A DNA stretch of 64,000 nucleotides from Octopus vulgaris (GCA_951406725.2 OX597814.1:19840001-19904000); one strand, 5' to 3'; positions 1-13,379 are shown, counted from the first letter of the stretch. The notes: a model not told the origin generated them from the letters alone. Numbers and translations: made by a program.

Positions 1-51
1 GCAAATCAATTAAAATTCTGAGATCTTGTCGCAGAGGGGTAAAAAAAGCAA

Positions 52-478
52 AGAGACAAAACCACTATTAGGCAAATCAAACAATGAAAAACTGAAGCCA
101 ATACATATGATTAATTTATATTATTTAAATATGTAACAAAATTATTAAAAAAATATAATTAATATCACACTACGATCGTTTCATGCCTGCTGTCTTCAAA
201 TTTTTGAGTCGCAGTCATTCATCAGGTGGTTTAAATATCTAAAATATAATCAATATTTTTAAGATATAAATAATATATATAATATAATAATTTTACTTAT
301 AATAAACTCTATTATTAAATATGATTATATCGAAATCGACTATAATGTTAAATATTAACTTTAATTTATAAGGTAGAAAACCCATATTCTAATATCAATA
401 TTAGTCTATATCTAATTATATAAATGTATTGGCTTAAGTTTTTCATTGTTTGATTTGCCTAATAGTGGTTTTGTCTCT
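52..478. repeat. 55-bp inverted repeat (52-106 / 424-478) flanking the hammerhead; Penelope-like terminal structure
   Basis: agagacaaaaccactattaggcaaatcaaacaatgaaaaactgaagccaatacat matches its reverse complement with one mismatch. Confidence 0.85.
166..230 (-). ncRNA. Type I hammerhead ribozyme motif (Penelope pLTR-type)
   Basis: Minus strand reads accac-CTGATGA-atgactgc...gcaggcat-GAAAC-gatc-GTA-gtgtg. It has a canonical core, a paired stem II, palindromic stem III ACGATCGT, a GUA triplet and a short stem I (cac/gtg). Confidence 0.7.
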
Positions 479-855
479 AATTTAATATAATATAATATTT
501 TACTATAAAATTGGATTCAATCCTAAATCTGATTTTTCCCTGGATTTATTCCCTAATATTTATTATATATATATATTTATATATATATATATGGCGGGGG
601 GGAGAATTTCACGAAAAAAACAGAAGACGAAGACAGGTGGTGTTGAAAACAAACAGATGTATTAGTATAACGCTCGAGAATTGAAAAGGTCTTACACACA
701 CACACCCATATGTGTGTGTGTGTATGTACACACATACAAGATGACGTTGCAGCAGTTCTAAAATAGCTCCGGGTACTGATGACATTAGCTCAGAAATTTT
801 GAAATTTGGTGGAGGAAAGGATGACCGAACTACTCTATTCCTTTTGTTAAATATT

Positions 856-1251
856 CTTTTCTACTCTAGGCACAAGGCCCAAAATTTTTGGGGAGGCGAC
901 CAGTCGATTAGGTCGACACCAGTACGCAACTGGTACTTAATTCATCGACGCCGAAAGAATGAAAGGCAAACTTGACCTCAGCGGAATTTGAACTCAGAAC
1001 GTAGCGACAGACGAAATACCTATTTCTTTACTACCCACAAGGGGCTAAACATAGAGAGGACAAACAAGGAAAGACAAACGGATTAAGTCGATTACATCGA
1101 CCCCAGTGCGTAACTGGTACTTATTTAATCGATCCCGAAAGGATGAAAGTCAAAGTTGACTTCGGCAGAATTTGAACTCAGAACGTAGCGGCAGACGAAA
1201 TACCGCTAAGCATTTTGCCCAGCGTGCTAACGATTTTGCCAGCTCACCGTC
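856..1251 (-). mobile_element. Nin/Deu-domain SINE, two tandem units
   Basis: Reverse complement has a tRNA-like head (ggtgagctggcaaaatcgttagcacgc...gttcaaattc) and a core like gtcaactttgactttcatcctttcgggatcgat..aagtaccag. The same family recurs throughout the window. Confidence 0.8.
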
Positions 1252-1269
1252 ATCCTTTTCTTAAATATT

Positions 1270-1700
1270 ACTGGAAGAAAGAGGAGGGGATCTCAAGACT
1301 GGGTTGGTTCTATTCTCATTCCCAAGAACTTATGTAGAAATTTCCGTGGAATATCTTTGTTGTCAGTTGTTGGAAAGGTGCTTCCGCGTGTTCTCTTAGA
1401 TCACCTTGGTAAATTCATTGTCCCGAGAGTTGTAACGGAGTCACAATGTGGATTCTGCGTTTCTCGAGAGACAGTTCATAAGATCTCAATTATCCGGCAG
1501 TTGCAAGAGAAATACAACGAACTAATCATGGGCTTGTGCCATTGTTTTGTGGATTTTAGCAAAGCTTTTGAGACAATTAACAGGAATTCATTATGGTTGG
1601 TGCTGAAGAAATTTGGCTGCCTTGAAAAGTTTGTGACTATAACCAGAGCTGTCCATAAGGATATGAAGGCCCGGATTACCTTTGAAAATGGACCTAAGCA
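1270..1700 (+). mobile_element. RTE-clade LINE reverse transcriptase fragment (decayed)
   Basis: ORF 1357-1827 contains LSVVGKV..RV, ESQCGF...R, IIRQLQEK, FVDFSKAFETINR..LW.VL.KFGC, typical of RTE RT domains 2-3. Confidence 0.85.
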
Positions 1701-4219
1701 AGGTAATTTCGAAGCACAAAACGGCAATTGCTCCCGACTCTCAATGAGAAGGAGAGACAATGGCAAACGGCAACAATTCTCCGGAATGAATATGCGATTA
1801 TGGAAGAGACACCAGGACAGCAGGTAAGGAAGCACATTGAATAATGCCCTGAAAATAAAACAAAAGACAGTATGGGCATAGTTTGAAAGATTTTGGGTAA
1901 TAGTTCTGTCCAGTCAAGATTGAACCGGAGTAAACAACACTACCACGTGTTATATAGTTAGTTATAAAACCGAATAAAAATTATTCAATAGATTTGTGCG
2001 CGTGTGCATGTATATGTGTGCGTGCGCGTGCGTGCGGACGATGTGTGTATGTATATCTATCTATCTACCTATCTATCTATCTATCTATCTATTTATAAGT
2101 GAAATGACCTGTGCTTTTTTTTCCTGTTCATTGTCTTTATGAAAACAGTGGTAATATAAATATAATTTCTGACATGACTACATGTTTATTTCTCACCAAG
2201 TTATTCTGTTCCATTCGGATTGGATTTATTCACATAGTCGAGTCGGGAATGCAACCCACGTAAACATTGGTTATTTAAAGAAATGTCTTTATGGTTGTTT
2301 AATGCGATTGGCTAATTTGCCATCAGTATGCCAGTTTTTGTTGCTGTCTTAGTTTTAGGATTAAGTAGTTAAAAAGCTAATGCGATTTACAAAAGAGGAT
2401 TTTGTTCTTTCATTGGTAATCGATTTATTACGTGTTGTACGATCTATTCAACAAGGGCACATAGCAGACCTCTTCAGAAATGGAAAGGTAGAAGGCAAAA
2501 TTAGTAGCTATCTCTTTTAACATTCTCTTCTTGGGATGTACTGTTGTTGGATATCATACACATTATAAACATTGGGATGTATAGCCATTAGATGTCATGC
2601 ACATTGCGAAATTTTTAGATTTTTATTGGTGCGATTTACAGAATGCAGACCTGTTACTTTTCATTTCAATACTACTAGATGCTATGGCTGGTACAGTAAT
2701 GCTACATACAATGTCTATTATTATAGAGATTTCGGTTTCGAATCCACATTGTGTTTATCTCTATTTGCAAGTATTTTTTTATTTCGCTAGTTTTGCTACT
2801 GGAATTGATACATCAATTAGGAGATAATTTCCTTCGGTTTGATCTGTTTATACTAGGATATATGTGCTTAGAACTGGCTGTGTTCACCTGGGGAATCAGA
2901 ATGTCAAGCAACGGATTTGGGGATTGTTTGGAATAATTTAAACACTTTAGAAATACCTAGACTTCATCTTGTTTTTACTCGTGTACAGGGAATTTACAGA
3001 GTTTACAACACGTTTTTTGTCACTTTTAAAAGAGAGAAGTGGTAGATTTGGGGGAGACTGAGAAGAAAGTAAATGTAAGTTACCGAGTATTGTTCGTTGA
3101 AATGAGAGGGCGGACATGTGAAAAGTCGTAGAAAGGCGAACTCTAGTTTCGTCAATGGTTTGGGATCGCTGGAAGGCTGAGTTGCAGAGTAATGGCGCAC
3201 GATGAAGGAACTGCGCCGGATTTCGAAAGATCGAAGTTTTTATTACACAGTCGTCGGAACTGAAGAAACTGAGAATGAGATGGTAAGGTGAATAGGATGA
3301 ATTCGTTGAGTTAGGAGGTGTAAATCAGTAGATCATAATGAACATAGTTGGAAATATGACTGTTATCAATAATGGCAAAATGTCTCTGACTTTACTCTTT
3401 CTCATCTAACCGGACAGCTATAAAATTAGATCCAGCATCGTCCATATATTCATTAAAAGCGTTAGCAATATCTTTGAAGGGAATTGTTTACATTGAGAAA
3501 TCGAAATTCGATCCCTGATTCGGTCTTGCCGAGAGCTCATTTCGCACTGTTCATTTCAATTACAAATTAATTAGCAAGAACAATGCCTCCTTTAATTAAT
3601 GCTTAATTAACAACTGATTTGTTTACAGAGAACCTAAATCTACTATAGAACTATGTATATTTAAACGAAGAGAGACTAAACATTGGTTCCTTGGGGGCCA
3701 ATAATATTGCATAGAGTCTGTATAAACGCTAATACAGTTGGGGATCAGCTTTTGTTCTATAGTGGCCCTTGGAGACACATCTATATTGGTCTTACAAGAT
3801 AACTTGGAAACATATATAACCGATATGCAGTTGTGGGTTCGGATTCTACAAATGACATCAATTACAATTCTTCCTTCGTATTGATGGCTACCTCTGCGAC
3901 GGTCGACAGCCGAAGGCAAGATTAGCTGCTACGAATCACACTATCCCAAGATGAGTATGCATGTGACACATGTGAACATATGTGAATTTGTATTCCCACT
4001 GAAACTCCGAACACGAACTCTACAACCCAACAACGATTGATGACTACGGTCGGCCATCGGATGTCGACAGAATTCGTGAGGAATGTGGAGAACTCGTTGG
4101 TCGGAGCCGGCTCAACCCACCTCGGTGAATGTCGCTGCCAATGCAAGTAACTACAAACACCTAATACAGAGCATAATATATTACATCCAGTCCATAATTC
4201 AGAAACTCATGCAGATATT

Positions 4220-4500
4220 AAATACCACAGGCCTATCCCTCTGACTTTACTTGTAGGCGAGGGCAAAAAAGTGGAATATCAGAAAGAAACTGATTATGTT
4301 CCTGAGCGAAAATAACTTGCTGAGTAATATCGAATACCAAAGCAGAGTCTACCTCAAGCAGCTGCTGTAGCTTTATGCTCGGATTATAAAGCAAACTACT
4401 AAACCTAGCAAATATAGAATTTATATACGTGGGCTTTGCAAAAGTTTCCAACAAAGTCATTCGATATGATGCGATAAACTACAATATTTCAGCATGGAAA
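4220..4500 (+). mobile_element. Degraded CR1/L2-like RT fragment
   Basis: Translates to YHRPIPLTLLVG (cf. NYRPISLTSVVG) and FIYVGFAKVSNKV (cf. IYLDFAKAFDKV), with disablements. Confidence 0.55.
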
Positions 4501-4928
4501 AGGAATAGTAGTGTAACTATATTATTTCCTAAAAAACAGGAGTCAAATTTAATTTGACTACATAGCTGCCCACCCTGATGAAAATGGCAGCCAAATATTC
4601 AGTCAGATCATTTTACCATCTTATTAGAAAATGTAGTTCTGGGATACGCTGAGTTTGAAAAATACAAGATGATCACGGATGAAACGTCTTTAATCATAGA
4701 TTTTATATATCACAACTAATATGTGGCTAAACGACAACAATAGCAACTAAACATGCAAGAAAGTTGAACTTAAGATATAGAGGAAAGACTTCATCCGAAA
4801 CATAGATCAAACAGCAGTGTATACTCCAGTGTGGCTTTAAGTATGAGAGCTATAAAGAACTAAAATATATGCGTGTGTCTTTACCTTTGAACATACGCAT
4901 GGATATATGTACGTACTACGTATGAGTG

Positions 4929-5358
4929 AAGGGATGCATGGATGGATGCAATTTATGGATGCAGGGATGGATGGATGGATGGATGCATGGATGCAGGGAT
5001 GCAGGGATGGTCGCATGGATGCATGGATGCAGGGATGGATGCATGGATTCAAGGATTGATGCATGGATGCAAGGATGGATGCATGGATGCAGGGATGGAT
5101 GCATGGATTCAAGGATGGATGCATGGATGCATGGATGGATGCATGGATGCAGGGATGGATGTATGGATTCAAGGATGGATGCAGGGATGCAGGGATTGAC
5201 GCATGGATGCAAGGATGGATGCATGGATGCAGGGATGGACGCATGGATGCAAGGTTGGATGCAAGGATGGATGCAGGGATGCAGGGATGGATGCAGGGAT
5301 TCAAGGATGGATGCATAGATGCAGGGATGGATGCATGGATGGACAGGAGTATGGATGG
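4929..5358. repeat. Complex GGAT/GCAT/GCAG minisatellite
   Basis: Repeated ggatgcat, ggatgcag and ggattcaa modules over ~430 bp. Confidence 0.9.
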
Positions 5359-5399
5359 TTGCGAATATGTATGTCTCCATTATAGAAGTATCGTGGTGT

Positions 5400-5552
5400 C
5401 TTGCTTACCAACCACATGGTTCTGGGTTTAGTCACACTGCGTAGTAACTTGGGCAAGTGTCTTCTGCTGTAGTCTCGGGCCGACCAAAGTCTTGTGAGTG
5501 GATTTGGAAGACGGAAACTGAAAGAAGCCCATCGCATATATATGTATATATA

Positions 5553-5585
<33 letters not shown>

Positions 5586-5797
5586 ATGCTTTTGTGTCTG
5601 TGTTTGTCCCACCACCATCGCTTGACAACCGATGCTGGTGTGTTTACGTCCCGGTAAATTAGTGGTTCAGCAAAAGAGACCAACAGAAAAAAGTACTAGG
5701 CTTACTAAGAATAAGTTCTGGAGTCGATTTGTTCGACTATAGGCGGTGCTCCAGCATGGCCGCAGTCAAATAACTGAAACAAGTAAAAGAGTAAAAG
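5400..5797 (+). mobile_element. tRNA-derived CORE-like SINE (family A) with internal (TA/TG)n
   Basis: Contains cttgggcaagtgtcttct...gacggaaactgaaagaagccc...ccagcatggccgcagtcaaa..actgaaacaagtaaaagag. Multiple copies occur in the window. Confidence 0.8.
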
Positions 5798-5844
5798 ATG
5801 TAACCTATAAATACTTCAGTTCTTTCGTTTCTAAGCATATTATA

Positions 5845-5885
5845 GACAGACAGACAGGTAGGTAGGTAGGTAGGTAGATAGAAAA

Positions 5886-5979
<94 letters not shown>

Positions 5980-6068
5980 GGATGGATGGATGGATGGATG
6001 GATGGATGGATGGATGGATGGGTGGGTGGGTGGATGGATGGATGATGATGATGGATGGATGGATGGAT

Positions 6069-6159
<91 letters not shown>

Positions 6160-6160
6160 G
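5845..6160. repeat. (GATA)n/(GGAT)n microsatellite
   Basis: Direct reading of the sequence. Confidence 0.95.
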
Positions 6161-6747
6161 TCGTGTAGACGATTTGATTGACTGATTGTTTAGTTAATTG
6201 GTCGATCGGTTTATTGCTTGCTTGCTTCCTTGCTTGCGTGGTTTGTTGGTTGCTTAGTTACATTACTCTAATGGACGAAACACCATCTACAACGTTAACT
6301 TTAGCTGATCAGTATTTCCTCCAAGGTACCATTAAATCTAAACATAGTCACCCTGCATAAGTAGATCGTTAAATTGTATATCGTAGATATGTAGACAGAT
6401 ATTTTAGCTAAGCATCTGACTTTGGCATTTTAAGGACGGCCTCTAGCTATAACGCTTAACTCACTTGATTAAAGCTCGTTAAATATTGAAATATTAGTCA
6501 GTTTATGCAAGCTAAGCCTCAAGCAAGGTTTTCTTTTACTTAGAGATTAATATAAATGTACATATTATATTATAAATTATAACGAGATCATTAACGTGTA
6601 ATTATATTATTACCCAATTAATTTCAGTCTTGACTACGAAATATACACACCGATTGACGTATAAAGTTTAAAAAATACGAAGAATGATAATTTAATAAAG
6701 AGAGGAAGAATTTCATTCATACATATTTATGTATACATATGCATACA

Positions 6748-6810
<63 letters not shown>

Positions 6811-6892
6811 GTACATACGTATGCATGTATGTATGTATGACAGTACTTCTATTTGTATATGTAAATATACAAATATACATATATATATATAC

Positions 6893-6976
<84 letters not shown>

Positions 6977-6984
6977 ATATGTAC

Positions 6985-7024
<40 letters not shown>

Positions 7025-7186
7025 GTATGTATCTATCTATGTAATGTTTGTATGTATATATGGGTGTGTGTATGTATGTATATATAAATATATGAGTGTG
7101 TATGTGTTGTGTGTGTGTGTGTGTGACCGCGTGTGTATCGTTGGCGACTTTCTTTCTCTGTCTTCTCTTCTTTGGACTTTCTCTAT

Positions 7187-7221
7187 ATTTCTGACGAAGA
7201 GCTCCGCTCGAAACGTGAAAT
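7187..7221 (+). ncRNA. Minimal hammerhead-like motif, probably inactive (GUG triplet)
   Basis: attt-CTGACGA-a-gagc-tcc-gctc-GAAAC-GTG-aaat. Stem III is reduced to the palindrome ACGT and the cleavage position is G. Confidence 0.5.
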
Positions 7222-7324
7222 CCTCCTTCTTTCTTTCCTTTCCTGAGATATCCAATAACCCTGTACTTATTCCACGTCCTCGCGTTGTTGTGTTTTCTCT
7301 TTGTTCATGTTTGGATTATCTATA

Positions 7325-7416
<92 letters not shown>

Positions 7417-7486
7417 AAGGAGCTTCTACAGGACTAGAACTGTTTCATTCAAATGAAATCGGTTAACCCCGACTCAACCCGGGACC

Positions 7487-7554
<68 letters not shown>

Positions 7555-7591
7555 AAAAAAGGTTTGAAAATGCAATTTAAACGATGTTTAT

Positions 7592-7636
7592 TTACTTAAC
7601 CGGTTTCACTCTTTGGTAAAAGATTGTCAAAAGTAA
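7592..7636 (-). ncRNA. Type I hammerhead variant (U3-A8 core)
   Basis: Reverse-complement copy of the motif at 8990-9034. Confidence 0.55.
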
Positions 7637-8178
7637 CATTGAATAATATGGGTTCAAAAAAGTTTTTTACATAATTGTCACATTGAATATTATGCATTCA
7701 AAAAAGTTTTTTACATAATTGTCACATTGGATATTATGAATTCAAAAATGTTTTTTTATACAAAATTGTTACATTACATGTATAAATATAGTTTTTGGTA
7801 ACAGAGAAGTTCAATAGTGTGATGAGAATATTTGGAAAAATTGGCAGAAAAGGATAAAACAAATATATTATTGGAAATTATATATATTATATGTATGCGT
7901 ACGTGTATGTGTATGCATTGTATGTATGTATATTGTGTGTATATGTGGTATATCTATGTATGTGTATGTAAACACTATTTATATGTTTACATGTATATAT
8001 GTATATGCATTGTCTATATATATATATATTATATGTATGTATTGCGTACGTATATTGCATGCATATATTGTGTATGTGCATTATATGCATGCTGTATTTG
8101 TATGTTGTATGTGTATATATATGCTAGGTGTATTTGTGTGATATTTATATTATGTATGGATGTGTGCGTGTGTTGTGT

Positions 8179-8217
<39 letters not shown>

Positions 8218-8989
8218 TTATATATATGTGTGTATATTATATATAAATACATGTTATATTTGTGTGTTGTGTGTATATATTATATATGTGGGTGCGTTGT
8301 GTGTGTGTGTGTGTGTGTGTTCTGTGGGTGTGTGCGTGTTGTGTGTATGTGGTGTGTGTTTTTATACTATGTGTGTGTGTGTGTGTGTTGTTGTTGTGTG
8401 TGTGTGTGTGTATATATGTGTGTGACAAACAGACGCTGCTTGACCAGCACGCACGGACACATCTATTCACACCCACATACTAACCTCCTGATAACCCCAA
8501 AACCATTGATGCTTGAAGGGGAAGTATACACCACACTGGGTACAACCTTTTTTCTCTCAATTCAACCTTTCTGCTAAAACAAACAGGTCAGTAACAACAT
8601 ATTCTCGCCTTCAACTTAAAATATTCTGAGATGTATAAAAAATCCATTTTAATTTTTGCTGTCAAAAGATTGTATATATATACCAAAGACTGTATATATA
8701 TACATGTAATGTGACAATTTGCGACAACCAATAATTAACGCAACCAAATTTCCAATAATATATTTGTTTTATCCTTTTCTGCCAATTTTTCTAAATATTC
8801 TCATCACACTATTGAACTTCTCTGTTACCAAACACTATATTTATACATGTAATGTGACAATTTTGTATAAAAAAACATTTTTGAATTCATAATATCCAAT
8901 GTGACAATTATGTAAAAAACTTTTTTGAATGCATAATATTCAATGTGACAATTATGTAAAAAACTTTTTTGAACCCATATTATTCAATG

Positions 8990-9034
8990 TTACTTTTGAC
9001 AATCTTTTACCAAAGAGTGAAACCGGTTAAGTAA
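8990..9034 (+). ncRNA. Type I hammerhead variant (U3-A8 core)
   Basis: ttactt-TTGACAA-t-ctttt-acca-aagag-t-GAAAC-cg-GTT-aagtaa. Stem I is a perfect 6 bp, stem III is the palindrome ACCGGT and the triplet is GUU. Confidence 0.55.
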
Positions 9035-9109
9035 ATAAACATCGTTTAAATTGCATTTTCAAACCTTTTTTCTTATATAATCCCACTCGTGCGATATCCC
9101 ACAACTCAA

Positions 9110-9256
<147 letters not shown>

Positions 9257-9448
9257 TAATACTAAGCAATTAAGGGTTTAGCAACGAATTGCCTCACCAC
9301 ACACCGAATTTAGAAATAGCAGTCAAAGAGATATAGCTATTCCTTCTACTAAAAGGGAGATCTCAGTAAAAACACAGCACTTGAAAGGCAAACACAGACA
9401 GGTAAGAAAGAATGAAATGACGGCAATCTATCATACAATTTTAAGTTA

Positions 9449-9540
9449 CCTACGGACGTACGTTTCGAAATCAAGTTTTAGGAAAGCATAAGAATTAGAA
9501 AATTCTACCTTACCCAAACTTCTTTTCTCATCGGCGTAGG
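9449..9540 (-). ncRNA. Type I hammerhead ribozyme (copy 1)
   Basis: cctacg-CCGATGA-gaaaagaagttt...aaacttgatttc-GAAAC-gtac-GTC-cgtagg. Stem I is a perfect 6 bp, stem III is the palindrome ACGTACGT and the triplet is GUC. Confidence 0.8.
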
Positions 9541-10031
9541 ATACTACAATTATGAATAATTGTATATTAAATTTTGAGATACTAGAAGGTATTATCTCAA
9601 CTCAGTGTCAGAGCGAGCCAAAGCATTACCAGTACCACGAAATTCAAAGTGTGAATGAAAGTTTGTGTCACCAGCCCCCCCTCCACCCGCGTGTAGCCAA
9701 GACAAGATGCTGTAGTCATTTACTGGGATAAAATATGGTTATCAGTAACAATAAAGGGTGAAATTAATTAATTTGGAATAATTATTAATTACACCAAGTA
9801 GATTTCGGCATGTAAAAGCCTCATTCGAGGAAAATTTAAGTAATACTAAGCAATTAAGGGTTTAGCAACGAATTGCCTCACCACACACCGAATTTAGAAA
9901 TAGCAGTCAAAGAGATATAGCTATTCCTTCTACTAAAAGGAGATCTCAGTAAAAACACAGCACTTGAAAGGCAAACACAGACAGGTAAGAAAGAATGAAA
10001 TGACGGCAATCTATCATACAATTTTAAGTTA

Positions 10032-10123
10032 CCTACGGACGTACGTTTCGAAATCAAGTTTTAGGAAAGCATAAGAATTAGAAAATTCTACCTTACCCAA
10101 ACTTCTTTTCTCATCGGCGTAGG
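10032..10123 (-). ncRNA. Type I hammerhead ribozyme (copy 2)
   Basis: Identical to 9449-9540 and 583 bp away. Confidence 0.8.
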
Positions 10124-10302
10124 ATACTACAATTATGAATAATTGTATATTAAATTTTTTTTAAACCCTTAATTGCTAAACCCTTAATTGCTTAGTATTA
10201 CTTAAATTTTCCTCGAATGAGGCTTTTACATACCGAAATCTACTTGGTGTAATTAATAATTATTCCAAATTAATTAATTTCACCCTTTATTGTTACTGAT
10301 AT

Positions 10303-10355
<53 letters not shown>

Positions 10356-10379
10356 GTGTGTGTTTGTGACCGTGTATGA

Positions 10380-10690
10380 CCACTTCTTAAAAACAAGTCC
10401 AAAATCTTCCTGTGCGTGGATTTGTCTTGAGTGATAATGCTTAGCACAGCACCGATGTTTAGCACAGCAGCGAATCCACTTTCAGTGCAATGAGCTTCAA
10501 CAACAGTGGCACAACAGAGGCTGAGATGGACTAGAAACCATCCTTCAGGTTTATTTATACGAGTTTGCCTTCTCCATGAAAGAAGTTCTAGCAAGAACTC
10601 GGATGTCCTTCACTTGGGGTGGTCAGGAGGTTCTCACTCTTAGTTCTTCGATGATCGTTGACTGTACACTGTTCATCCGTCCTGCAAGGT
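10380..10690 (+). mobile_element. Degraded RTE-like LINE C-terminal fragment
   Basis: The plus frame STTVAQQRLRWTRNH resembles the RTE 'RLRWxGH' motif. Confidence 0.4.
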
Positions 10691-10702
10691 TCAATATATA
10701 TA

Positions 10703-10934
10703 TATTTCTTTATTGCCCACAAGGGGCTAAACATAGAGGGGACAAACAAGGACAGACAAAGGGATTAAGTCGATTACATCGACCCCAGAGCGAAACTGGT
10801 ACTTTATATATCGACCCCGAAAGGATGAAAAGCAAGTCGACTTCGGCGGAATTTGAACTCAGAACGTAATGGCAGACGAAATACCGGTAAGCATTTCGCC
10901 CGGCGTGCTAACGTTTCTGCCAGCTCGCCGCCTT
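10703..10934 (-). mobile_element. Nin/Deu-domain SINE
   Basis: Same family as 856-1251. Confidence 0.8.
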
Positions 10935-11090
10935 CAATATATATATGCTTCATATACACACACATAAACACATACACTCACATACATATGCATGTGTGTA
11001 TGTGTGTGTGTATGTGGTGTGTGCGTGTACGTGTGTGAAAACCTCTCTGTATGAGTGTGAATGTGAATGTGTTTATCTGCATAAATAATC

Positions 11091-11326
11091 TTTTCTCCTC
11101 TAGGCACAAGTCCCGCAATTTTGGGGGATGGGGTGCAGTCGACCCCGAAAGGATGAAAAGCAAAGTCAGCCTCGGCGGAATTTGAACACAGAACGTAACG
11201 ACGGGCGAAATACCAATTTCTTTACTACCCACAAGGGGCTAAACACAGAGGGGACAAACAAGGACAGACACACGGATTAAGTCGATTATATCGCCCCGCC
11301 CCCAGTTTCTTCCAGCTCGCCGCCTT
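11091..11326 (-). mobile_element. Nin/Deu-domain SINE (rearranged)
   Basis: Shows the family's tail, core and head segments. Confidence 0.75.
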
Positions 11327-11954
11327 TGTCTGAATAAATAATAAAAACTGTATGGTTCACAATCAATGCCCTCTCTACAGTTGATTTTGTTGAGCTCTGT
11401 CTATTTCAGAAGAAGTAGTACTATATATAATTTAACCATTGTCTTATCTAGCAATCTATCTTAAAAAAAGATGGGTGAATGTAGCAAGGATGGCACGTAT
11501 GAATGACGAAGCCACCTTGACTATGATTCTATGAACCGTAAAAATTAATACAGAGAGTTGCTTATTTGCAAAATAAAAAGAAAAAAGAAATTTAACATGT
11601 GACTTCATTGACCGAGGTTACCGTGGTCTTTTCCGTAGGCTTTTCTTTCCACGGGTAAACCTCACCTGTCCTCCCCTTTACACTTCATATTGACATTTCT
11701 GTGATAACGATCCCTATTGATCAATTTTTTTTCCTTTCCCTTTTTTTCCTCACCTCCCCTTTTTTTTCTCACCCCACTTTCTTTTTTTATCCCCCCCTTT
11801 TTTGTCCTCTTTCTTTCCATTTACGATCCCTTTTGATCGAAAACCAAACCCCCCTCTTTTACCCCCAAAAGAAAAGCTCTACCTTGTAATCTTGTCCTGT
11901 CTGTGTGCAGCCCTGTGTGGCTAATAAAGAAACATATCTATCTATCTATCTATC

Positions 11955-12064
<110 letters not shown>

Positions 12065-12692
12065 GAGAGATAAGCGTTCAATATTACATGTTGCTTTTCC
12101 GAATACATACAGTTTTTCAATACCACACTTTGAAAAATGTAATACAGGCTGTAAACTCGGAGTAGATGTAACTTCGAGTATGTGTGTGTGTAAAACTCAG
12201 TGTGTGTGTATATGTGTGTATCCGTATATGCTATATTGTAGATTGGTTTCAGATTTTTTTAAGCTCTATGTAGCCTATTTGTATAGTATATTTGTCATTT
12301 AATAAGTATTGTGTGTTTGTAATATTTGTTGTTATTGTTCTTTTGTTGTTGATTTCGTTTCGGAATTTGTATGTTTTCTAGTTTCTTCTTCCAACTCTAT
12401 TGTCTATTTGTGTAATTAGCATCTAGTTGAGACATGTACAATTAACAAGAACATTTTTGCATTGTTGCATTTATTTTTGTAATCCTCTCATTAATAACCG
12501 ACTGCACGTCTATAAATCCATGAATAAAGATAGAATGACCATTGTAATTTACGAAATTCATTACAAACACGAAACACTGTCATTCCCAGGAATTAAGACA
12601 TAGCATAAGACATAACAGCGCTCATAATTATTGTGGTTGTAGCCGTTATTATTGTAGGTGCTGTTCTTTTCGCTGACGTTGTTGTTGTTTGC

Positions 12693-12951
12693 CTCTTTTA
12701 CTCTTTTTACCTGTTTCAGTCATTTGATTGTGGCCATGCTGGAGCACCACCGCCTTTTAGTCGAGCAAATCGACCCCAGGACTTATTCTTTGTAAGCCTA
12801 CTACTTATTCTATCGGTCGCATTTTCCGAACTGCTAAAAGTTACGGGGACGTAAACACACCAGCATCGATTGTCAAGCGATGTTGGGGTGGGGGACAAAC
12901 ACAGACACACAAACATATACACACACATACATACATACATACATACATACA

Positions 12952-12987
<36 letters not shown>

Positions 12988-13198
12988 TACATATATATAC
13001 ACACATATATACGACGGACTTCTTTCAGTTTCCGTCTACCAAATTCACCCACAAGGCTTTGGTCGGCCCGAGTAGTAGAAGACACTTGTCCAAGGTGCCA
13101 CGCAGTGGGACTGAACCCGGAGCCATGTGGTTCGTAAACAAGCTACTTATCAAACAGCCATTCCTACGCCAGCTACTTACCACACAGTCAATCCTCCT
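12693..13198 (-). mobile_element. CORE-like SINE family A
   Basis: Reverse complement of family A, with internal (CATA)n. Confidence 0.8.
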
Positions 13199-13379
13199 CT
13201 AAACTAACAGTAATAAATTAGGCCCGACTCATGATAAAAATATTACTAACAATGATCATAGCTCCATTCCATTTTCAGGTATAGTGAACCTCCAGCTAGA
13301 TCCTACAAGACATCCTCTTTCTGTTTTTTTTCACTTTTTCTCTTTTATCCATTAAAGTGTGATTGAAGGATATTTGGCT

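Larger units (their letters stand above)
7549..9077. repeat. ~330-bp inverted repeat (7549-7879 / 8748-9077) between (TA)n tracts; Penelope-like pLTR pair
   Basis: taagaaaaaaggtttgaaaatgc...ttggaaatt is a near-perfect reverse complement of aatttccaataata...aaaccttttttctta. The arms contain internal ~43-bp subrepeats. Confidence 0.9.

Noticed and set aside
3623-4146. Two adjacent minus-strand ORFs in unique-looking sequence
   Set aside because: They are in different frames, with no recognisable domain or splice signals.
9795-9835. Second hammerhead-like motif CGAATGA-ggc...gcc-GAAA in the spacer (minus) and its inverted copy
   Set aside because: The core is non-canonical and I see no stem III/NUH or stem I pairing.
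10280-10594. Minus ORF containing NIGAVLS, identical to a GluN1 N-terminal motif
   Set aside because: The motif arises from a short ttagcacagca duplication. The ORF lacks an ATG start and runs into (TA)n, and the opposite strand looks like a decayed RTE C-terminus.
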